NCBI GenBank assembly: GCA_963663405.2
Contig: CAXXSM010000059.1
Coordinates: 1-13,094 of the forward strand
Source of the DNA: a bacterium
Lineage (GTDB): Bacteria > Hinthialibacterota > Hinthialibacteria > Hinthialibacterales > Hinthialibacteraceae
Reading direction: 5' to 3'
DNA length: 13,094 nucleotides
Under the pieces are notes generated by a model. It worked only from the letters and a program-made list of their open reading frames with translations, was not told the origin of the DNA and ran no database searches. This document shows, piece by piece, positions 7,304 to 13,094 of this stretch. The position numbers and the translations under genes were made by a program. Position 1 is the first letter of the stretch. The number at the start of each line of letters is the position of its first letter.

Positions 7304-8353
7304 TCATGCTCGCCAAGGGCGGGAACGGTTTTTCACTTCATTCATGGCCAGAACCTGTTTGGCGATAATCGTGTCCTCAATCACCTGGAAATCAAACATG
7401 CCTATAGAGACAAAATCCACGCCATTCTTGAAGCAGAACTCAAGCGCTTCCTTCGGGTGAATCGCGCCCGCCGCCAGGATTTTATACGCGATCCAGGGTT
7501 GTTTTTTCTTCGCCATCAATTCTATTGTTTTTTCGGGAAACAGGTCAAAGATGTTGTCGTGAAACTTGTTGTGATCCCGGAACCGCGTGCTGTCGACGGA
7601 CCAGTGTTCACGTTTCTCGCGTGGATGGGCGGACCAGTATTTATCGTCGTGGAAGGTTTTGAAATAGTAATCCGGTTCGAATCCGTATTCATCCGCGATT
7701 TCGATTACTTTCACATCATGGCTGCCTAAACCGGCGGGCATGCCCTGTTGCTTGATGTATTCGATCGCTTTGCCGATGATTTCGATATATTCGGAATTAC
7801 CCGCTTTCATGGCGTGTTCCGTATACCCCCCCTGCGTGTAGATCGTCGTGGCGCCGTCATCCACACTGCGATCGATCCATTCTTTAAAGCCGGGCCAATC
7901 CGGTTTGCCCAATTTATCCCAATCCTGCCGGACACCGACGATTGTCTGGATTTGCCCTCCCCGTTCGTCTTTATATTTATTGATAAAATCCATTTGCGTG
8001 GGATCAGGAGAAATGGTATTGATCCCCTGCTCTTCCATCAGCTCCAGCGTGTCAAACTGTTTCTTTTGTGTAAGATATTGCCCTGCGAGTTCGGAAACAT
8101 AGAGGAGATCCCGCTGATGACACCAGCCGCTAATGATGTTCCCCCCCGCGATGACCCGGCTGATCTCGATATCGCCGATTTTCCCCATTGGCAGTTTTGA
8201 GCCAGAGGATTGTTTTCTTAGTTCCTTCTCATCAGTGGGATTGTCAAGCATCGCCAGGAGTTGTCTTTCTTCTGCGCTCCGGATACCTGTCACGACCCCT
8301 CCAGCCACCACTGATTGTTTCATGAAACTTCGCCGATCCACTTTACATACCAT
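7304..8353 (-). CDS. Twin-arginine-signal protein, aldo/keto-reductase-like TIM barrel of unknown function
   Basis: Start reassigned to ATG 8353 (AAGGAAGAG upstream; MVCKVDRRSFMK Tat motif). AKR-like N-terminus LPMGKIGDIEISRVIAGGN and C-terminal KQPWIAYKILAAGAI..EALEFCF..GVDFVSIGM. The AKR catalytic tetrad is not clearly identifiable. Confidence 0.72.
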   Translation of the reverse strand: MVCKVDRRSFMKQSVVAGGVVTGIRSAEERQLLAMLDNPTDEKELRKQSSGSKLPMGKIGDIEISRVIAGGNIISGWCHQRDLLYVSELAGQYLTQKKQFDTLELMEEQGINTISPDPTQMDFINKYKDERGGQIQTIVGVRQDWDKLGKPDWPGFKEWIDRSVDDGATTIYTQGGYTEHAMKAGNSEYIEIIGKAIEYIKQQGMPAGLGSHDVKVIEIADEYGFEPDYYFKTFHDDKYWSAHPREKREHWSVDSTRFRDHNKFHDNIFDLFPEKTIELMAKKKQPWIAYKILAAGAIHPKEALEFCFKNGVDFVSIGMFDFQVIEDTIIAKQVLAMNEVKNRSRPWRA

Positions 8354-8539
8354 GACAATCTCTTCCTTTAAATATTTTTGAACATTTTTTGATTGCGCGC
8401 CGCAAAACATTCGCTTCTCACATTATCTTATCATAATCCATTCGTCTAAAGGAGAGATTGAATGTGGGAAAATTTCTGTTTATTAACTCTTATTATTTAA
8501 CTACTCACTCGTCTGTTTCCTCAATCCAATGCAAAGAGA

Positions 8540-8595
8540 ATCTTCATCAAACATGAAGATAACAGGTGATATAACCGTGAAAAAATCGTTATAAT
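8540..8595 (+). promoter_or_regulatory. Perfect 8-5-8 inverted repeat next to a sigma70-like promoter of the deacetylase gene
   Basis: ATCTTCAT-caaac-ATGAAGAT (8540-8560), then GTGATA (8566-8571), an 18-nt spacer and TATAAT (8590-8595); RBS AAGGAGG at 8626-8632. Confidence 0.45.
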
Positions 8596-8641
8596 GAACC
8601 CAATCAATCACAAAATCAAATACATAAGGAGGAATGATTAA

Positions 8642-9484
8642 ATGACGTATTGCAAACGATCTACGATTCTCTTTCTGAGTATGGTGTTTTTTACGATGAG
8701 CGCTATGGGACAGTACGAAATTCGAGAACGCAAAGATGCAGCAGGGCCGTTTCCCTGGCCGGAGGGCAAACGTTGCGCAGTCAGTCTGTCATTCGATGAC
8801 GCGCGCCTGAGTCAAGTGGATACGGGGATACCACTCTTGAACAAGTACGGAGTCAAGGCGACTTTCTACATCTCACCGAACAGCCTGATTCGGCGAATCG
8901 AGGGCTGGAAAACAGCCGCGGCCGCAGGGCATGAAATCGGCAATCACACAGTGAATCATCCCTGCTCAGGTAATTTCGCGTTTTCCCGCCACAAAGCGCT
9001 GGAGGATTTCACTCTCGATCGAATCGCGAAAGAGATGGATGACGCGAACGCGTTCATCCAAGAAAAACTGAATGTGACCGCGATCAGTTTCGCCTATCCT
9101 TGCGGCCAAACATTCGTAGGACGTGGAGAGGAACTCAAGAGTTATATTCCACTTGTCGCAAAGAAGTTCTTAACAGGACGAGGCTGGTTAGGGGAATCTT
9201 CAAACGATCCTTCGTTCTGCGATTTCGCGCAACTGATGGGGGTGGAAAGCGACGGTAAATCATTTGAACAATTGCGCCAACTCATCGATCAAGCGGCGAA
9301 AGAACGACGCTGGCTGGTCCTCGCGGGTCATGAAATCGGCGATGGAGGACGGCAGACAACGCTTGTTTCCAGCTTAGAGAAATTATGTGAATACGCGAAC
9401 GATCCGGCGAATGGGATCTGGATCGATACGGTTGCGAATGTGGCTGAATATATTGAAAACGTTCGTGATAAGAAGACGCCTTGA
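8642..9484 (+). CDS. Secreted polysaccharide deacetylase (CE4/NodB homology)
   Basis: Signal peptide-like N-terminus; motif 1 SLSFDDA; motif 2 HEIGNHTVNHP; motif 3 FAYPCG; motif 5 LVLAGH; strong RBS. Confidence 0.92.
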   Translation: MTYCKRSTILFLSMVFFTMSAMGQYEIRERKDAAGPFPWPEGKRCAVSLSFDDARLSQVDTGIPLLNKYGVKATFYISPNSLIRRIEGWKTAAAAGHEIGNHTVNHPCSGNFAFSRHKALEDFTLDRIAKEMDDANAFIQEKLNVTAISFAYPCGQTFVGRGEELKSYIPLVAKKFLTGRGWLGESSNDPSFCDFAQLMGVESDGKSFEQLRQLIDQAAKERRWLVLAGHEIGDGGRQTTLVSSLEKLCEYANDPANGIWIDTVANVAEYIENVRDKKTP

Positions 9485-9511
9485 GGAAGTTATTTCTTTT
9501 CTTGTCTGAAT

Positions 9512-9547
9512 CTGGATGGACAGGATTGATAGGATAATCAGGATATT
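9512..9547. repeat. Four-unit 9-bp tandem repeat with GGAT core
   Basis: CTGGATGGA CAGGATTGA TAGGATAAT CAGGATATT, preceded by TTGTCTGAAT, in the convergent gap after the deacetylase. Confidence 0.65.
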
Positions 9548-9605
9548 GAATAATACTGTTTTTCTACTTTTCCTTTAGATGTAGAAGAATGTAGAGTATT
9601 ACACC

Positions 9606-10727
9606 TTACTTTTCATCTTCTTCCCGCCAAGCGATCTTGATTCGGTGTACGGGGCCGGTGACGCCGAATAGATTCACCGTTCGAAATGCGAATTCATTGA
9701 CTGATTTCTGTAATGGCAGTTCCATTTGTTCCTCGCAATCAATCCATGCGCCATCGTTTTGCTGTGTTTGATAGCTGCGGAAATTCGGCGTGAAGGAAGT
9801 GAGGAACACAACGGCGCAATCGTCTTTCATTTTCACATTCGAATCAATCACGTTGGGAGTCCATTCGATCCAATCACGTCTTGTGGTTGTGATGAGGTAG
9901 GGCGTATTGTACGCCCAGTGAGGTTTTCCATCGCGGTACCAGGTGTTCTCGCGAAAGATCGCGTCGTCCAGCATAATCACGATGGAGTTCGGCGGCGCCG
10001 GGAACGATGTAAATCGATTGGTTGTGTTTTCCCAGCTACACCATCGGTAGGTTGTAGGGGATGGTTCGAACGCGTCCGGGAATTCATCCGTTTTTGTGGC
10101 GCCTTCCAGCCCATAACGGCTGACGACGGATTTCCCGCCGTCTTTCCAAATTTCATCCCGAATATCCAACGCGGATAATGGAATCCCATCCTTTTCAAAA
10201 TGGAGATCGTATTTCGCGTCGATCAATACCCACTTGCTAAATGCATTGACCCACACTTCGTTCACTCCGTGATGGCCTCCCTTATCGATCAGGCCGGGAC
10301 CGCAACCCAACCGCCGCGTAATATAACCGAAACTGTTCAACACGCCCTGTTGAACGATGCTGAAATGCGCGCAGTGAAATCCACCGCCTTTCAGCGCCGC
10401 GTCGAGGATAGCGAATGTATCGCCACGGGTGGGAGTCGGATGTTCGTTTTCGATTCTGATCTTTGATTTGATCCAATGACGAAGCAGCAAGATCCGGCGC
10501 CATTCATTGGATTCACCCGTGACCACTTGATCCAAGTTATATTTTTCCCGCAATTGAGCGATCCGTGGAGAGTAGTAATTTTCATAACTCCGGAAGAGTT
10601 CATTGCCATGATACACTGGATTGTCTACCGGCATAACGACAAATTCACCGGATCCATCCGCTGTCGAGTAAGGAATAAGAAATGAAAATACGATGAGAAT
10701 TGCGAAAAAGAAAGACGCTTGTTTCAT
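9606..10727 (-). CDS. Secreted transglutaminase-like (Cys-His-Asp) domain protein
   Basis: Start reassigned to ATG 10727 or 10730 (AGGAG immediately upstream; signal MKQASFFFAILIVFSFLIPYSTA|). Putative triad: GGFHCAHFS (Cys), HHGVNEVW (His), KWVLID (Asp). Beta-rich C-terminal domain ending FRTVNLFGVTGP. Confidence 0.85.
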   Translation of the reverse strand: MKQASFFFAILIVFSFLIPYSTADGSGEFVVMPVDNPVYHGNELFRSYENYYSPRIAQLREKYNLDQVVTGESNEWRRILLLRHWIKSKIRIENEHPTPTRGDTFAILDAALKGGGFHCAHFSIVQQGVLNSFGYITRRLGCGPGLIDKGGHHGVNEVWVNAFSKWVLIDAKYDLHFEKDGIPLSALDIRDEIWKDGGKSVVSRYGLEGATKTDEFPDAFEPSPTTYRWCSWENTTNRFTSFPAPPNSIVIMLDDAIFRENTWYRDGKPHWAYNTPYLITTTRRDWIEWTPNVIDSNVKMKDDCAVVFLTSFTPNFRSYQTQQNDGAWIDCEEQMELPLQKSVNEFAFRTVNLFGVTGPVHRIKIAWREEDEK

Positions 10728-10850
10728 CATCCGCTCCTGTGGAATCGATCTATTTCCTGTAAGATAAAATCGATTCATCACTGCAATCTATTTTTGCAGG
10801 ATATGATAGAGGCGAATCACTTAATTCTAAAGTATAAAAGGAATCAGGTC

Positions 10851-11991
10851 ATGAATATTTTGAAAACACATACACTCATCTTTTTGTTGATATGGATTGC
10901 AGGAATAACCGTACAAACACAAAGTGAAGAAATCAATTCTTCGGTAAAAAGCGAAGCGCCGGCGCCCATTCCGGAGAAACTCGCGCCTTACTTCATTCCC
11001 CCGCTGGAATGGGAAGAAGAGTACGGTGACTACCGCTCCCCTTTGTTGTTTAACGATGGAAGCCGGGTACAAACGAAAGAGGATTGGCGGCGCCGGCGGG
11101 GGGAGATTCTAGAAACGTGGCATGGATTGATGGGCGCATGGCCTCCCTTGCTCGAGTCTCCTGCGATTGAATGGCTGGAGAAGGAAAATCTGGAGAAAAT
11201 CACTCGTCAGAAAGTTAAGATCGAGATCGCGCCTGATCATCGAACCATCGACGGCTATTGGATGCTTCCGAAAAAGAAAGGCCCCTTCGCCGCTGTGATC
11301 GTTGTCTATTACGATCCAGAAGCAGGCGCGGGGCTTGGACGTGAGATGCGCGATTTTGGGCTTCAACTAGCCAACCGGGGGATCGCCGCCTTGTCGATTG
11401 GATTGCCCGAGTCGTTATACTATCCCAGCAAAACCAACGCCGAGTTGCAGCCTCTATCCGCGTTGGCGTATGCGGCGGCCAACTGTTATAACGCCATCGC
11501 TGCTCTGCCGAAATCGATCCGGAACGGATCGGCATCACAGGCCATTCCTATGGTGGGAAATGGGCGATGTTCGCTTCCTGTCTCTATGAGAAATTCGCCT
11601 GCGCCGTCTGGTCGGATGGAGGAATCGTATTTGATGAAGACCGGCCCAATGTAAATTATTGGGAACCGTGGTACCTGGGTACGAACAAGGGAAAGACCGG
11701 ACACCGGGTGTCGTGACGCCGGAAAATCCCCGCATGGGAGCCTACAAACAATTAATGGAGAAAGGTCACGATCTACACGAATTACACGCGCTGATGGCGC
11801 CACGGCCTTTTCTCGTCTCCGGGGGATCAGAGGATCGATCGGAACGTTGGACGGCGTTGAATCATTCCATCGCCGTCAATGAATTGCTGGGATACACAAA
11901 CCGGGTAGCAATGACCAACCGCCAGGGACATTCTCCAACGCCTGAATCAAATGAACAGATGTATCTTTTCTTTGAATATTTTTTGAAGTAA
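10851..11991 (+). CDS. Secreted alpha/beta-hydrolase (carbohydrate-esterase/dienelactone-hydrolase-like), interrupted by two -1 frameshifts
   Basis: ATG 10851 with a signal peptide. Frame A runs to ...AIAALP (11510). Frame B from 11513 gives IDPERIGITGHSYGGKWAMFASCLYEKFACAVWSDGGIVFDEDRPNVNYWEPWYLG. Frame C from 11680 gives YEQGK...DLHELHALMAPRPFLVSGGSED...GHSP...FFEYFLK*. Joined, this is ~380 aa with a G-x-S-x-G nucleophile elbow and candidate Asp and His residues. Confidence 0.85.
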
Positions 11992-12008
11992 GAATTGTTT
12001 TCGTAACT

Positions 12009-13094
12009 TCATTCTTCCAACGCATCTTCTAAAGGTGTGTATTCCAACTGCGCCGCTTCAGCGACATCTTGGTTTGTCAGTTTACCCAGATAGGTATTCA
12101 CCCCTTTGCGCAACGCAGGATCGTTTCGGATGGCTTCGTGAAAACCGTAATTCGCCAGGTTGCGCACATAGGGAAGAGTCGCATTGGTGAGAGCGAAGGT
12201 AGAGGTATGCGCCACCGCGCCCGGCATGTTCGCGACGCAGTAATGCACGATACCGTCTACGATGTAGGTAGGATCGGAGTGGGTTGTCGGCCGGCTTGTT
12301 TCTACACAACCGCCTTGATCGATCGAAACATCGACGATCACGGATCCTTTTTCCATACATTTTAACATTTCACGTGTCACGATCTTCGGCGCCCGGGCGC
12401 CGCGTTTCAGCACCGTGCCGATTAACACATCGGTGGCGGGTAATGTCTGCTCTAGAGCGAGAGGCGTATAAATCAAAGTTGTCGGGCCGTGAAGAATATC
12501 GTCCAAAAGACGAAGCCGTTGGAGAGAAATATCAAACACATTGACACGCGCCCCTAATCCCAGCGCCACTTTTGCAGCGTTCAATCCAGCGGTTCCCCCG
12601 CCGATGATCGTCACCACACCGGGACGAACGCCGGGGACGCCACTGAGGAGAATTCCCTTGCCGCCACGGCGCTTTCGAGGTATTTCGCGCCTTCGTGGAC
12701 CGCCATTCGGCCGGCGACTTCGCTCATCGGTGTGAGTAATGGTAAGCGGCCGCCTTCCTCTTCGACCGTTTCGTAGCCGATGGCGATGACACGGCGCTCA
12801 AGAAGTTCTTCCGTCAAACGCCGTTCGGGCGCAAGGTGCAGATAAGTAAATAGAACCTGTCCATCCCTAAGCATCGCCAACTCGGCCGGCTGTGGTTCTT
12901 TCACTTTGACAATGAGATTCGATTGGGCGAATACCTCTTCCGCAGTATCCACTAACGCCGCGCCCGCCTGCGCGTAATCCTCGTCCGTCAGCGAGGAGCC
13001 TTTCCCCGCGCCCGTTTGGACCAGCGTTTGATGCCCATCATTCACCAATTGATGTACCCCGGCCGGTGTTACAGCCACGCGGTATTCATGATCT
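12009..13094 (-). CDS. ald: Alanine dehydrogenase, 5' end beyond the window, one -1 frameshift near 12673-12675
   Basis: From 13093: [13 protein letters not shown]...KVKEP...LFTYLHLA...[15 protein letters not shown]...GAKYLE. After a frame change: [27 protein letters not shown]...[18 protein letters not shown]...[11 protein letters not shown]. All are AlaDH signatures. Confidence 0.96.

Noticed and set aside
8354-8410. N-terminal extension of the AKR-like ORF (likewise 10731-10781 for the transglutaminase-like ORF)
   Set aside because: RBS and signal-peptide positions favour the downstream ATGs.
9558-9590. TTTCTACT...GTAGA resembling a Cas12a repeat stem
   Set aside because: Single copy, wrong loop length, no spacers and no cas genes.
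10719-11654. 311-aa ORF as called in the track, and the separate 110-aa ORF at 11659-11991
   Set aside because: The upstream extension overlaps the divergent gene and precedes the signal peptide (true start 10851). The tail after 11510 is out of frame. Both ORFs are pieces of one hydrolase.
12009-13078. Natural two-subunit split or programmed frameshift of alanine dehydrogenase
   Set aside because: The conserved [13 protein letters not shown] linker is intact in the shifted frame, there is no X XXY YYZ slippery heptamer or internal RBS, and neighbouring indels point to sequence error.
1-13094. Mobile element, prophage, defence system, tRNA/rRNA or known riboswitch
   Set aside because: No integrase, transposase, nuclease, reverse transcriptase, terminal repeats with target duplication or recognisable structured-RNA consensus was seen.

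Overview
A 13.1-kb bacterial chromosomal window with 13 protein-coding genes or gene fragments, mostly signalling, cell-envelope and probable carbohydrate-related functions. I see no rRNA, tRNA, CRISPR array or transposase. In order: the 3' end of a receiver-domain protein (probably a hybrid kinase); an ECF sigma factor coupled to a membrane anti-sigma; a Tat-signal Gfo/Idh/MocA oxidoreductase; a DUF2461 protein; an atypical stand-alone receiver protein; a type IV prepilin-like protein; a secreted six-bladed Kelch-like propeller; a Tat-signal aldo/keto-reductase-like protein; a secreted CE4 deacetylase; a secreted transglutaminase-like protein; a GHSYGG alpha/beta-hydrolase split by two -1 frameshifts; and alanine dehydrogenase (ald), split by one -1 frameshift and truncated by the window edge. 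The prepilin family and the propeller's terminal W-x-L-Y tail resemble, from recollection only, proteins of the Sumerlaeota (BRC1)/OLB16-type lineages. The best candidate for an undescribed system is this prepilin plus propeller pair with a possible C-terminal sorting motif. The three frameshifts look like sequencing errors.
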